Assembly: GCF_964229645.1 (NCBI RefSeq)
Contig: NZ_CAXREX010000182.1
Location: 39,235 to 103,234 of the forward strand
Reading direction: 5' to 3'
DNA from: Nioella sp.
Lineage (GTDB): Bacteria; Pseudomonadota; Alphaproteobacteria; Rhodobacterales; Rhodobacteraceae
DNA: 64,000 nucleotides
The notes beneath the pieces were generated by a model. It searched no databases, had not been told where the DNA came from, and saw only the letters and a program-made list of their open reading frames with translations. Shown here piece after piece: positions 29,509 through 39,386 of the stretch. Each line of letters opens with the position of its first letter. Position 1 is the first letter of the stretch. The position numbers and the translations under genes are program-made.

Positions 29509-31116
29509 TCACATCCTGAACACGCCGAAACTGGTTTCGACCTTTGGCCTGCGCGAGGTCGCATCCAGCATCAGCGCCATGACATCGCGGGTCTCACAGG
29601 GCTCGATCACGCTGTCGATCCAGAGGTTCGAGGCGAAATTGTAGGCCCCCTGGAAATCCTCGTATTCCTTGCGGATCGGGGCCTTGAAGGCGTCCTCCTC
29701 CTCGGGCGTCCAGCTCTTGCCTTCGCGCTCGTTGATCTGGGCGCGGACCTGCGCCAGCACGCTGGCGGCCTGTTCGGGGCCCATGATGGCGGCGCGGCCC
29801 GTGGGCCAGGCAAAGGTCGCATCCGGCTGGAACGGGCGGCCCAGCATGGCCAGATATCCCGCGCCGTAGGAGCCGCCGGTGATGATGGTGAACTTGGGCA
29901 CCCGGGCCGAAGACATGGCGGTAATCATCTTGGCCCCGGCCTTGGCGATGCCCATCTGCTCGACCTCGCGACCGACCATGAAGCCGTTTACATCGGCCAG
30001 AAACAGCAGCGGAATGTCGCGCTGGACGCAGAGATTGATGAAATGGGTGGCCTTCAGCGCGGCCTCGACGAAGAGCACGCCGGTATTGGCGAGAATACCG
30101 ACCTCATGGCCGTGGATGCGGCCCCAGCCGGTCATGATGGTGTCGCCATAGAGCGGTTTGAACTCGTGAAAATCGCTGCCGTCCACCAGCCGCGCGACGA
30201 TCTCGCGGTTGTCTGTCGGCACCCTGGGATCGCGGCTGACAATGCCGTAGATTTCCTCGACCGGATAGGCCGGCGGGCGCGGCGCGGCGGGCGTCTTGCG
30301 GGGCCGGGGCTTTTCGCCCAGATGGCTGACGATCTCGCGGGTGATGGCCAGGGCGTGGGCGTCATCCTCGGCCAGATGGTCGGTCACGCCCGACACCGAC
30401 GAATGCATCTTGCCGCCGCCCAGTTCTTCGGCTTCGACCTTCTCGCCGGTCGCCGCGAAGGTCAGTTCCGGGCCGCCCAGATACATGAAGCCCTGACCGC
30501 GCACGATCACCACCTCGTCGCAGAGCGCGGGGATATAGGCACCACCCGCCGTGCAGGGGCCCATGACCACGGCGATCTGCGGCACGCCGTCGCCCGACAT
30601 ACCGACCTGCTGATGGAAGATCGAACCGAACTGGCCCTCGTCGGGAAAGATATTCTCCTGATCGGGCAGGAACGCGCCGCCGGAATCGACCAGCGTGATC
30701 ACCGGAAGACGGTTCTTCCAGGCGATCTTCTGGGCGCGCACATGCTTGCGCGAGGTCATGCCGAAATAGGTGCCGCCCTTCACCGTGGCATCGTTGGCGA
30801 TGATCATGCACTGGCGGCCCTCGATCATGCCGATGCCGGTGATGATGCCGGCCCCCGGCGGGACGCCGTCATATTTGTTCAGCCCGGCAAGCTCGCCCAG
30901 TTCCAGAAATGGCGTGCCAAGGTCGATCAGACGCTCGACCCGTTCGCGCGGCAGGATCTTGCCTTTCGAAAGGTGCCGGTCGCGCGCCTTTTCCGGGCCG
31001 CCGACACGTTGTTGCAGGCGAAGCGCATGCAGTTCACCGATCTTTTCGCGATACCGCGCGTCGTTTTCCCGGAAGTCGTCGGACCCGGTGTCGAGAAGGG
31101 ATTTCATTCTTGTCAT
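29509..31116 (-). CDS. Acyl-CoA carboxylase carboxyltransferase (MCC-beta-like), module 1
   Basis: ANDATVKGGTY, VDSGGAFLPDQ, CTAGGAY and GGSYGAG motifs. Confidence 0.93.
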   Translation of the reverse strand: MTRMKSLLDTGSDDFRENDARYREKIGELHALRLQQRVGGPEKARDRHLSKGKILPRERVERLIDLGTPFLELGELAGLNKYDGVPPGAGIITGIGMIEGRQCMIIANDATVKGGTYFGMTSRKHVRAQKIAWKNRLPVITLVDSGGAFLPDQENIFPDEGQFGSIFHQQVGMSGDGVPQIAVVMGPCTAGGAYIPALCDEVVIVRGQGFMYLGGPELTFAATGEKVEAEELGGGKMHSSVSGVTDHLAEDDAHALAITREIVSHLGEKPRPRKTPAAPRPPAYPVEEIYGIVSRDPRVPTDNREIVARLVDGSDFHEFKPLYGDTIMTGWGRIHGHEVGILANTGVLFVEAALKATHFINLCVQRDIPLLFLADVNGFMVGREVEQMGIAKAGAKMITAMSSARVPKFTIITGGSYGAGYLAMLGRPFQPDATFAWPTGRAAIMGPEQAASVLAQVRAQINEREGKSWTPEEEDAFKAPIRKEYEDFQGAYNFASNLWIDSVIEPCETRDVMALMLDATSRRPKVETSFGVFRM

Positions 31117-32504
31117 GGCAGGTCGGGATATTCTCTCAGAACGAAGGCGACCTTGGCGGCACCGGGTTTCTCAAAGGTGTCGGGCGCGACAAGGTGAACG
31201 TCGGCCTTGAAGACAAGGGCATCGCGCAGGCGCTGCTCGATTTTCTTCTTGAGCGCCTCGTCATCCGCGGCGTCGCGGTCGGGACCGCGTTCGACGATCA
31301 CCGTCAGCGCGCCCTGCGTGGTGTGACCCTCGAAATCGGCCACGATGCGCATGACGCCGTTGGTCTCCGGCACCATCTCGGTGATCACGCTGTTGATGGC
31401 CGAGGGAAAGACATTGGCCCCGCGCACGATCAGCATGTCGTCGGTCCGGCCGGTGCAGCGGATCTTGGGCCCGGTGCGCCCGCAGGTGCAGTCGGTGTCG
31501 AGAACCTCGATGTAATCGCCCGACCGGAATCGCACGAGCGGGCTCGCCCGACGGCCGAGCGCGGTATAGATCATCTCGCCCTCGGCACCCTTTTCCCAAG
31601 GGATGATTTCGCCGCTTTCGGGGTCGAGCAATTCGGTAATGATGTAGTCCATGTTGACCATATGCATCCCCGACTGGGCATCGCATTCAGCCCAATAGGT
31701 CACACCCAGATCGGTGCCGCCCAGCATCTCACAGCATTTCGCGCCCCAGGCCGCTTCGATCTTGGCCCGGATGGCGGGAATGCCGCCGCCGGGTTCGCCA
31801 CCGACGATGATCTGTTCGACGCCCAGTTCACTGGCTTTGCAGCCGAGCACTTCGGGCGCTTTGTCAGCCAGGTGCAGCACGAAATTCGGCGCGCCGACGA
31901 TGCAACGCGGGCGCGTGTCGGCGCAGGCGCGCAGCAGCCGTTCCACGCCACCATCCGCCCCCACCGGCACGTCGATTGCGCCCATGTACTGCAACCCCTG
32001 CATCACCGGAATGCCGCCGACAAAACCCTTGGCCAGCGAAAACGCATGCAGCACCATATCGCCGGGCCGCACGCCATTGGCAAAGAAACAGCGCGCCGTC
32101 ATCTCGTGCCACATCTCGGTATCGGCTTCGGTCAGCGCCACGTAAGACGGGCTTCCGGTGGTGCCGGACGAGGCCTGCATCTGGATGATATCGGCCATCG
32201 GCGCGGCCCGGTGCTTGCCGAAGGGCGGTTCCGCAGCAAGGCTTTCGCGGATCTCGGTCTTGTAGGTGAAGGGCAGCTTCTGCAAATCTTCGATGCTGCG
32301 GATTTCGTCGAAATCCACACCGGCCTCGGCGAACTTTTCCTGATAGAAGGTCGAGTTTTCCTTGAGGTAGGCCATCTGATCGCGCAGGCGCTCTTCCTGG
32401 ATGCGGCGCACCTCGTCGAGCGGCGTGCCTTCGATCTCGTGCCAGAAGCGATCATTCGCCTTGCCGGCGGCGTCCTGACGCCGGAAGCGCATTCCAAATT
32501 GCAT
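31113..32504 (-). CDS. Phenylacetate--CoA ligase (PaaK)-like acyl-CoA ligase
   Basis: LQKLPFTYK, SSGTTGSP, PLVRFRSGD, GRTDDMLIVRGANVFPS and KAA-type C-terminus. Start reassigned to ATG 32504. Confidence 0.85.
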   Translation of the reverse strand: MQFGMRFRRQDAAGKANDRFWHEIEGTPLDEVRRIQEERLRDQMAYLKENSTFYQEKFAEAGVDFDEIRSIEDLQKLPFTYKTEIRESLAAEPPFGKHRAAPMADIIQMQASSGTTGSPSYVALTEADTEMWHEMTARCFFANGVRPGDMVLHAFSLAKGFVGGIPVMQGLQYMGAIDVPVGADGGVERLLRACADTRPRCIVGAPNFVLHLADKAPEVLGCKASELGVEQIIVGGEPGGGIPAIRAKIEAAWGAKCCEMLGGTDLGVTYWAECDAQSGMHMVNMDYIITELLDPESGEIIPWEKGAEGEMIYTALGRRASPLVRFRSGDYIEVLDTDCTCGRTGPKIRCTGRTDDMLIVRGANVFPSAINSVITEMVPETNGVMRIVADFEGHTTQGALTVIVERGPDRDAADDEALKKKIEQRLRDALVFKADVHLVAPDTFEKPGAAKVAFVLREYPDLP

Positions 32505-32530
32505 GTCGTCCTCCCTTCCTGGCCGCGCGA

Positions 32531-33691
32531 TCAATAGGATCGCGGCAGGCCCATGACCTTTTCGCCGATAAAGCTGAGGCAGAGTTCGCGGTTCACCGGT
32601 GCCGTGCGCAGCAGGCGCACCAGCGGATACATCTCGTAGAGCCCCGTATCCTCGGTAAAGCCCGACCCGCCATGCGCCTGAAGTGCGGCGTCCACGGCCT
32701 CGATCCCGGCTTCGGCGGCGGCGTATTTGGCCATGTTCGACGAGGCCCCAGCCGGCAGCTTGTTGTCGAACTCCCATGCCGCGCGACGGGTCATCAGACT
32801 GGCCATCTCGACCGCCGTATGCGCCTTGGCCATCGGATGCTGCACGCCCTGATGCGCGCCGATCGGCTGACCGAAGACGTTGCGCTCGGAGGCATAGGCC
32901 ACGCCCTTGTTCAGGGCGAACCGGCCGATGCCGCAGCACAACGCGGCCAGGATGATCCGCTCGGGGTTGAGGCTGTCGAACAGGATCGAGAATCCTTCGT
33001 CCACCTCGCCGACCACATCCTCGGGGCCCAGATCCACCTCGTCGAAGAAAAGCGTCCATTGCTCCTCGGGCAGGGGGATCGAGATCTTCACCCGCTGTTT
33101 GTCGACGCCCTTTTTCTTCAGGTCGACGGCAAAGAGGGTGAAGCCGTCGGTCTTGCGGCTGACCTCGGTATGCGGCTTGGTCCGTGCCACCACCAGGCAA
33201 TAATCCGACACCTCGGCGCCGGTGAGGAAGGTTTTTTCGCCCGACAGGCTGAACCGGTTGCCCCTGCGTTTGGCCAGCGTGGTGGCCTTCATCGTGTTCG
33301 ATCCGGCCCCCGGTTCGGTGATCGCGAAACAGAACTGGATATCGCCCCGGCAGGCCGCTGGAAGAAGCTCTTTCTTGTGGAACTCGGTGCCGTGGCTGGC
33401 GATATGGGCCAGCGACATGGTCGGACCGACCACCATCATCAGCAGCGGGATGCCGTGATTGGCGGTGCCTTCCATGAACAGCGCCATTTCGGTCATGCCA
33501 AGACCGGCGCCGCCGTATTCCTCGGGCACCATGATCCCCAGAAAACCGTCATCGGCAATCTTCCGGAACATCTCTTGCGGGAATTCATGCCTGCGGGCGT
33601 GATCCAGCCAATAGGCATTGTCGAATTTCTGCGCCAGCTGGCCGCCATAGTCGTAAATCTGGCGTTGTTCGTCGTTCAGAGTGAAATCCAT
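32531..33691 (-). CDS. Acyl-CoA dehydrogenase
   Basis: FAITEPGAGSN, RNVFGQPIGAHQG and RLLRTAPVNRE motifs. Confidence 0.9.
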   Translation of the reverse strand: MDFTLNDEQRQIYDYGGQLAQKFDNAYWLDHARRHEFPQEMFRKIADDGFLGIMVPEEYGGAGLGMTEMALFMEGTANHGIPLLMMVVGPTMSLAHIASHGTEFHKKELLPAACRGDIQFCFAITEPGAGSNTMKATTLAKRRGNRFSLSGEKTFLTGAEVSDYCLVVARTKPHTEVSRKTDGFTLFAVDLKKKGVDKQRVKISIPLPEEQWTLFFDEVDLGPEDVVGEVDEGFSILFDSLNPERIILAALCCGIGRFALNKGVAYASERNVFGQPIGAHQGVQHPMAKAHTAVEMASLMTRRAAWEFDNKLPAGASSNMAKYAAAEAGIEAVDAALQAHGGSGFTEDTGLYEMYPLVRLLRTAPVNRELCLSFIGEKVMGLPRSY

Positions 33692-33700
33692 TGTGTCTTC

Positions 33701-34480
33701 TCAGCCCTTGAAAGCGGGGGTCCGGCGGTTTTCGAAAGCATCGAGCCCTTCGGCGACATCATCGCTGGGCAGGGCGCGTACGGCGGCGTCGCGCTCAAGC
33801 CGCATCTGCTGGTCGATGCCAAGGTCTGCCCCTTCCCGTGCCAGACGCTTCATCTCGGCGATACCGGGGCGCGACCGGGTGGCAATCTTCTGGCAATATT
33901 CCAGCGCGGCCCTGTGCAGATCCGCATCCGGCACGACGTAATTGACCAGACCGGCCTCCCTGGCCTCGTCCGCCTTGAGCCAGCGGGCCGAGAACATCAG
34001 ATCGAGCGCCCGGCGCTGGCCAATCAGCCGGGTCAGCCGTTGCGAGCCGCCCCAGCCGGGAATCAGGCCGAATTGCGCGTGCTGATCGCCGAATTGCGCG
34101 GTTTCGGCCCCGAAGCACACATCGCAAGCCAACATCAGTTCGATCCCACCGGCCAGACACAAACCCTGCACCGCCACTGCGACAGGGAGGGAGGAGGTTT
34201 CGAGCGCGCGCAGGTTGTTCATTCCAAAAGCGATGAAATGGTCCAGCGCGGCGGGATCGTTCAGTTTGCCTTTCACCTCGGCCAGGTCGGCGCCGGTGCA
34301 GAAGTGCTTGCCTTGCGCCCGGATCAGGATCGACCGGATGTCCCGGTCGGCCTCGAACCCGGCGCGCGCGGCAGCGATGTGCTCATGCACTTGCAGTGAA
34401 AGGCAATTAAATTTCTCGGGGCGCGCCAGCTCGATAATGCCGACGCTGCCTTCGGTACTTACGGCGACCGGGTCACTCAT
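33701..34480 (-). CDS. Crotonase-family enzyme (enoyl-CoA hydratase/hydrolase) with an atypical GDQH motif
   Basis: FCTGADL, AGGIEL and FGDQHAQFGLIPGWGG motifs. ATGA overlap with the upstream ACAD. Confidence 0.85.
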   Translation of the reverse strand: MSDPVAVSTEGSVGIIELARPEKFNCLSLQVHEHIAAARAGFEADRDIRSILIRAQGKHFCTGADLAEVKGKLNDPAALDHFIAFGMNNLRALETSSLPVAVAVQGLCLAGGIELMLACDVCFGAETAQFGDQHAQFGLIPGWGGSQRLTRLIGQRRALDLMFSARWLKADEAREAGLVNYVVPDADLHRAALEYCQKIATRSRPGIAEMKRLAREGADLGIDQQMRLERDAAVRALPSDDVAEGLDAFENRRTPAFKG

Positions 34481-35658
34481 TTCGCGGCTCCCTTCGCCTT
34501 CTTGTCGTATTGAAGCGCCATCCGCCCGACCTTTTCGCGGGCGATCACCAGCTTCTGGATCTGCGCGGTGCCGTCGCCGATCTGAAGGCCGAGAACGTCG
34601 TTGTAACGCTGATGGTGCGGCAGGTCGGTGGTATAGCCGTAATGCCCGTGCAGGATCAGACACTGGTGCAGGATCTCGCAGGCGGTTTTGGGCAGGTACC
34701 ATTTGCACATCGCCGCCTCGGAGGTGTGGGGTAGGCCACGGTCGCGCAGATCCAGCGTATAGTAGCAAAGCTGGCGCATCATGGTCAGCTGGGTTTCGGC
34801 CTCGGCCAAGGGAAAGCTGACACCCTGATACTGCACGATCGGGGCCCCGAATGCCTCGCGTTCCTGAACGTAGGCCCAGGTTTCATCCACCGACGCTTGC
34901 GCGGCCCCCAGGCACTCCAGCCCGATCAGTGCGCGGGAATAGTCGAAGCCCGCCATGATCGTGCCGAAGGCACGGTCCTGTTCCGCCATCATATTTTCGG
35001 CCGGCACGAAGACATCGTCAAAGAACACCGACCCGCGCCCGACAGGCTTGGTGCCGATGTCGTCAAAATGGGTGCGCTTGATGCCTTCCTGGTTCAGATC
35101 GACGAAAAAGGCGCTGACCCCGCGCGAGCCGCCGTCAGGGTCGCCGGTGCGCGCGAAGACCACCGCGGCATCGGCCTGACTGGCAAAGCTCATGGACGTC
35201 TTCTCGCCATTCAGCCGCCAGCCGTTTCCGGATCTCTCGGCCTTCAGGATCAGGTTCGCCGCATCCGATCCGCCGCGCGGTTCGGTCAGGCCCAGGCCGA
35301 TGACGGCGTCCCCCGAAACAACCCTGGGCACCCATTCCGAAGCGATATCGCCAGAGGCGTGCTTGGCGACCATGCCGCCCATGAGCGAGCCCAGAAGCTG
35401 GATGTAGCTTGCGTTGAAATCGGCATAGGCGATCTCTTCGACGATAAGTCCCGAGGTGACCGAGCTTTCGCCTAGCCCGCCGAATTCTTCGGGCAGATCG
35501 GCCCCGATCAGACCCAGTGCGCCCATCTCCCTGATCAGGGCGCGATCAAAGCTGTGACCCTTTGCGCGCTCCTGATAGCTCGGTGCCAGCTTTTCTGTCG
35601 CAAATCGCTTCGCGGTTTCGCGAAACGCCTTTTGATCTTCTGATGGCTGGAATTGCAT
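34477..35658 (-). CDS. aliB: Cyclohexanecarboxyl-CoA dehydrogenase-like acyl-CoA dehydrogenase
   Basis: LGLTEPRGGSDAA, GRGSVFFDDV, FDYSRALIGL and DVLGLQIGDGTAQI motifs, characteristic of the AliB subfamily as I recall it. Confidence 0.78.
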   Translation of the reverse strand: MQFQPSEDQKAFRETAKRFATEKLAPSYQERAKGHSFDRALIREMGALGLIGADLPEEFGGLGESSVTSGLIVEEIAYADFNASYIQLLGSLMGGMVAKHASGDIASEWVPRVVSGDAVIGLGLTEPRGGSDAANLILKAERSGNGWRLNGEKTSMSFASQADAAVVFARTGDPDGGSRGVSAFFVDLNQEGIKRTHFDDIGTKPVGRGSVFFDDVFVPAENMMAEQDRAFGTIMAGFDYSRALIGLECLGAAQASVDETWAYVQEREAFGAPIVQYQGVSFPLAEAETQLTMMRQLCYYTLDLRDRGLPHTSEAAMCKWYLPKTACEILHQCLILHGHYGYTTDLPHHQRYNDVLGLQIGDGTAQIQKLVIAREKVGRMALQYDKKAKGAAK

Positions 35659-35700
35659 CGGCGCCGCTCCCCATGACCGAAATTATGCTCTTTCCAAAAA

Positions 35701-35716
35701 TCTAACAAATGTTAGA
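35701..35716. promoter_or_regulatory. Perfect operator palindrome TCTAACA-AA-TGTTAGA in the aliB/fadH divergent promoter
   Basis: Perfect 7-bp arms. It sits between minus-strand -35 TTGATC (35722-35727) and -10 TAGATT (35699-35704) with a 17-bp spacer. Confidence 0.85.
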
Positions 35717-35753
35717 ATACAGATCAAGGGAATTTGTGAGGAGGATGTTCACG

Positions 35754-37787
35754 ATGACAGGCACACAAGAGGAAAGCTTCGGGACCCTGCTTTCGCCGAT
35801 CCGCGCGGGCCGCCGCATGTTGCGAAACCGGGTCATCATGGGATCGATGCATACCCGGCTGGAGACCGAGCCCGACGGCATTGCCAAGCAGATCGCCTTT
35901 TACGCCGAACGGGCGCGGGGAGAGGCGGCGATTCTGGTCACGGGCGGGTTTTCCCCCAATGCCGAGGGCATATTCGATCCCGAAGGTCCGCGCATCGACG
36001 ATGCGGAGAAGGCGCAGGAGCTTCGCCCGATCTGCGAGGCGGTGCAGGCCGAAGGCAGCCTGCTCTGCGCGCAGCTTCTTCATGCCGGGCGCTATGCCAA
36101 GATCGAAGGCTGTGTCGCGCCCAGTCCGATCCGGGCCCCGATCAACCGCCATGTCCCGCGCGAAATGACGGACGCCGACATCCGCCGCACCATCGAGGAT
36201 TTCGCCAAAGCCGCCGCCAATGCGCAGGCCGCGGGGTTCGATGGCGTCGAAATCATGGGCTCCGAGGGCTACCTTATCAACGAATTCACCGTCACCCATA
36301 CCAACAGGCGTGACGACGACTGGGGTGGCAGCGCCGGGAACCGCCACCGCTTTCCGGTCGAGATCGTCCGCGCGGTGCGCGAACGCTGTGGGCCCGACTT
36401 TCTGGTCATCTACCGGATTTCGGCCGCCGATCTGGTCGAGGACGGCGCGCCCGCCGATGAAATCGCAGAACTGGCGCGCAAGATCGAGACCGCGGGCGCA
36501 GATATTCTGAACACCGGGATCGGCTGGCACGAGGCGCGCGTGCCGACCATCGCCTATCCGGTTCCGCGCGGTGCCTGGCGTCAGGCGGCGGCCAACGTCA
36601 AGGCGGCGGTGTCGATCCCGGTCGTCGCCTCCAACCGGATCAACACGCCCGAGCTTGCAGAGGATATCCTTGCCTCTGGCGAGGCCGACATGATCTCGAT
36701 GGCGCGGCCCTTTCTGGCCGACCCGCATTTCGTCAGGAAGACGCGCGAAGGCCGCGCCGACGAAATCAATACCTGCATTGCCTGCAATCAGGCCTGTCTG
36801 GACTTCATCTTTTCGGACCGGCCGGTCGGCTGTCTGGTCAACCCGCGGGCCGGGCGCGAAACCGAATTCCGGGATACGCCGACAGATTCTCCGCAGAAGG
36901 TCGCCGTGGTCGGCGGCGGTGCCGCTGGCATGGCCACGGCCGCCGAGGCCGCCAGGCTGGGCCATGACGTCACCCTGTTCGAAGCGCAAGACAAGCTGGG
37001 CGGTCAGTTGACGCTGGCGCGCGCGGCACCGGGCAAGGACGAATTCGACGAAACCCTGCGGTACTATTCCGGCCAGATGGAAAAGCACGGCGTCAAGCTG
37101 CGCCTGGGGCAGCGGGCCGGGCCGGACGATCTGACCGGCTTTGACCATGTGGTCATCTCCACCGGGGTCACGCCGCGCATTCCCGATCTGCCGGGCGTCG
37201 ATCATCCCAGTGTGGCGACCTATGCCGAGATCCTGTCGGGCGCGCGCGCGGCGGGCGACACCGTCGCGGTGATGGGGGCAGGGGGCATCGGCCATGACGT
37301 GGCCGAGTTCCTGGTGACCGAACCGGCCGAGGCCCACGACACCGACGCATTCTGCAAGACATGGGGCGTGGACCCGAAGTTCGCCACGTCGGGCGCTCTG
37401 GCGGGCGATCCGCTGGCCCCGAAATCATCGCGTCGCAAGGTTGTGATGCTACAGCGAAAAACTTCGAAACCGGGCGCGGGGCTTGGCGTCTCCACGGGCT
37501 GGATCCTGCGCAACGCACTGCGCAAGCACGGAGTCGCGGCTCTGGGCGGCGTGGTCTACGAACGCATCGACGACGCGGGGCTGCATATTCTGATGGACGG
37601 AGAACCGAAGATCATTGCTGCCGATACGATCGTGCTCTGCACCGGGCAGGAACCGGAGCGCGCCCTGGCCGACGAACTTGGCGCGCGCGGCGTCACCGTC
37701 ACGATGATCGGCGGGGCGAAGGAGGCCGCCGAACTCGACGCGCTGCGCGCGATCGATGAAGGGGTGCGTCTGGCGCAAAGTCTCTGA
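35754..37787 (+). CDS. fadH: NADPH-dependent 2,4-dienoyl-CoA reductase
   Basis: NRVIMGSMHTRLE, AGFDGVEIMGSEGYLINEF, NTGIGWHEARVPTIA and NTCIACNQACLD (Fe-S) motifs, plus the VLCTGQEP C-terminus. ATG 35754 follows GAGGAGG. Confidence 0.93.
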   Translation: MTGTQEESFGTLLSPIRAGRRMLRNRVIMGSMHTRLETEPDGIAKQIAFYAERARGEAAILVTGGFSPNAEGIFDPEGPRIDDAEKAQELRPICEAVQAEGSLLCAQLLHAGRYAKIEGCVAPSPIRAPINRHVPREMTDADIRRTIEDFAKAAANAQAAGFDGVEIMGSEGYLINEFTVTHTNRRDDDWGGSAGNRHRFPVEIVRAVRERCGPDFLVIYRISAADLVEDGAPADEIAELARKIETAGADILNTGIGWHEARVPTIAYPVPRGAWRQAAANVKAAVSIPVVASNRINTPELAEDILASGEADMISMARPFLADPHFVRKTREGRADEINTCIACNQACLDFIFSDRPVGCLVNPRAGRETEFRDTPTDSPQKVAVVGGGAAGMATAAEAARLGHDVTLFEAQDKLGGQLTLARAAPGKDEFDETLRYYSGQMEKHGVKLRLGQRAGPDDLTGFDHVVISTGVTPRIPDLPGVDHPSVATYAEILSGARAAGDTVAVMGAGGIGHDVAEFLVTEPAEAHDTDAFCKTWGVDPKFATSGALAGDPLAPKSSRRKVVMLQRKTSKPGAGLGVSTGWILRNALRKHGVAALGGVVYERIDDAGLHILMDGEPKIIAADTIVLCTGQEPERALADELGARGVTVTMIGGAKEAAELDALRAIDEGVRLAQSL

Positions 37788-37826
37788 GGCTTCCGAGCGA
37801 GAGAGGATGCGATACCGCCCGAGGCC

Positions 37827-37995
37827 ATGCGGGCAGGGCGCGCCGATCTGTCTTCCATCTTCCGGACCCGCGCTCGGGATTGCACGGAAGCTCTGGCCCT
37901 GGAGGACGCAAGCCAGCGGTTGACCCGTGCCGAATGGACAAAGCGGGTCGATCGACTGGCTTGGGTCTTTCTGGACACGTGCCTGAAACCTGGAT
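37827..37995 (+). pseudogene. N-terminal remnant (about 55 aa) of an AMP-binding acyl-CoA synthetase
   Basis: DLSSIFRTRARDCTEALALEDASQRLTRAEWTKRVDRLAWVFLDTCLKPG resembles the ligase N-terminal 'A..D...LTY.E...V.RLA..L...GL.PG' pattern. Similarity then ends abruptly. Confidence 0.6.
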
Positions 37996-38251
37996 CGCCG
38001 ATGAAAATGCGCGCACTTGAGGATACGTCCGGCGAACAATGGTTGTGCGACTGCGCTCAGAGCCCCCTTGGCAGACCCCCCGGCATCAGCGTAAACTGTT
38101 TATTTTGCAATGCCTTGCGCGCGCACGTCACAGATCGCCGATGTCGCCTCTCCAGCCTGCATACGAGGTTTCAAAACATAATCGGCTTTCTTTTTATAAC
38201 CATGTCTCCTAGATCGGAATCGTGCAGAATCCAAGCAGAGGTACACCGACC

Positions 38252-38827
38252 ATGACGAATGTCGCGATTGTCTATTACAGTGGATATGGCCACACGGAAG
38301 TTCAGGCCAAAGCCGTTGCCGAAGGCGCCAAGGGTGTCGACGGCACCGAGGTCGAATTGCTGAAATTGTCTGACGACGGAGAGCTGGATGAATCGGCCTG
38401 GGCATCGCTCGATTCTGCCGATGCCATCGTCTATGGCAGCCCGACCTACATGGGCGGACCTGCCTGGCAGTTCAAGAAATTCGCGGATGCCAGTTCGAAG
38501 CCCTGGTTCACGCGGAACTGGAAGGACAAGATTGCCGGCGGCTTTACCACCTCGGCCACGGTCAACGGCGACAAGTTCTCGACCATCCAGTATTTCTTCA
38601 CGCTGTCGCAGCAACACGGCCAGCTCTGGTGCGGCGTCGGCCTCATGCCCGCGAACGCCAAGGCGGACGGTCCGGAAAAGCTGAACTGGACGGGCGGATA
38701 TGCCGGTCTTCTGGCGATTGCGCCTTCTGACAGCGCCCCCGACGAATACCCGACGGGCGGCGATCTGGACACGGCGCGCGCCTACGGCCAGCGGCTGGTG
38801 GAAGTCGCAAACCGCTGGAACAGCTGA
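38252..38827 (+). CDS. Flavodoxin-family NAD(P)H-dependent oxidoreductase (WrbA-like)
   Basis: VYYSGYGHT, YGSPTYMGG, AGGFTTS and TARAYGQR motifs. Confidence 0.88.
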   Translation: MTNVAIVYYSGYGHTEVQAKAVAEGAKGVDGTEVELLKLSDDGELDESAWASLDSADAIVYGSPTYMGGPAWQFKKFADASSKPWFTRNWKDKIAGGFTTSATVNGDKFSTIQYFFTLSQQHGQLWCGVGLMPANAKADGPEKLNWTGGYAGLLAIAPSDSAPDEYPTGGDLDTARAYGQRLVEVANRWNS

Positions 38828-38921
38828 TCCGGCTTTCCTCTACCGCGTCCCGGCCGCCCGGATTTGCGGCGGCCGGTTCACACCTGTCCGCACTGGCCCC
38901 GGGCCATTGCCCCGCATCGGG

Positions 38922-39377
38922 TCATCCGGCAACGCCCGTCCGCCCCACCAACGCCATCAGGGTGCCGGTCATCGTGGCGACAAGCTTTTCATCCTGTCCT
39001 TTCAATGCATAGGCGCGCGCTTCGCAGATCGTGAGCGTTCGGCCCGGTTTCACCACGTCGGCGACGAATCGAAACCGTTCGCCATCGGCGGGGTTGAGCA
39101 GGTTGATCTTGAACTCCACCGTCAGCACCGCCGCGTCTGCGGGCATCAGCGAAAAGGCCGCATATCCGCAGGCGCTGTCCAGCGCGGTCGACACGATTCC
39201 GGCATGCAGGAACCCGTGCTGCTGGGTCAGCGCGTCGCTATGCGCCATCTCCAGAACGATATGACCGGGCGACAGGCCGGCAATGCCGATCCCCAGCGTA
39301 TGCATCACCTTCTGAAGATTGAAACTGTCGCGCACGCGCACGTCGAAGTCGGAGTTCTTCGGTTCAAATTTCGCCAT
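38922..39377 (-). CDS. PaaI-family hot-dog thioesterase
   Basis: QQHGFLHAGIVSTALDSACG, TVEFKINLL and KPGRTL motifs. Confidence 0.88.
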   Translation of the reverse strand: MAKFEPKNSDFDVRVRDSFNLQKVMHTLGIGIAGLSPGHIVLEMAHSDALTQQHGFLHAGIVSTALDSACGYAAFSLMPADAAVLTVEFKINLLNPADGERFRFVADVVKPGRTLTICEARAYALKGQDEKLVATMTGTLMALVGRTGVAG

Positions 39378-39386
39378 TGCGTGATT

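Noticed and set aside
35701-35716. Operator as an actinobacterial KstR box
   Set aside because: The spacing between AAC and GTT is 4 nt rather than 2, and there are no steroid ring-degradation genes.
35709-35753. ORF-track start of fadH at 35709, and similar N-terminal extensions (50263, 50570, 49533, 33200, 34768, 21289, 12560)
   Set aside because: These starts fall inside operators/promoters or upstream genes. Downstream ATGs have proper RBSs and match family N-termini.
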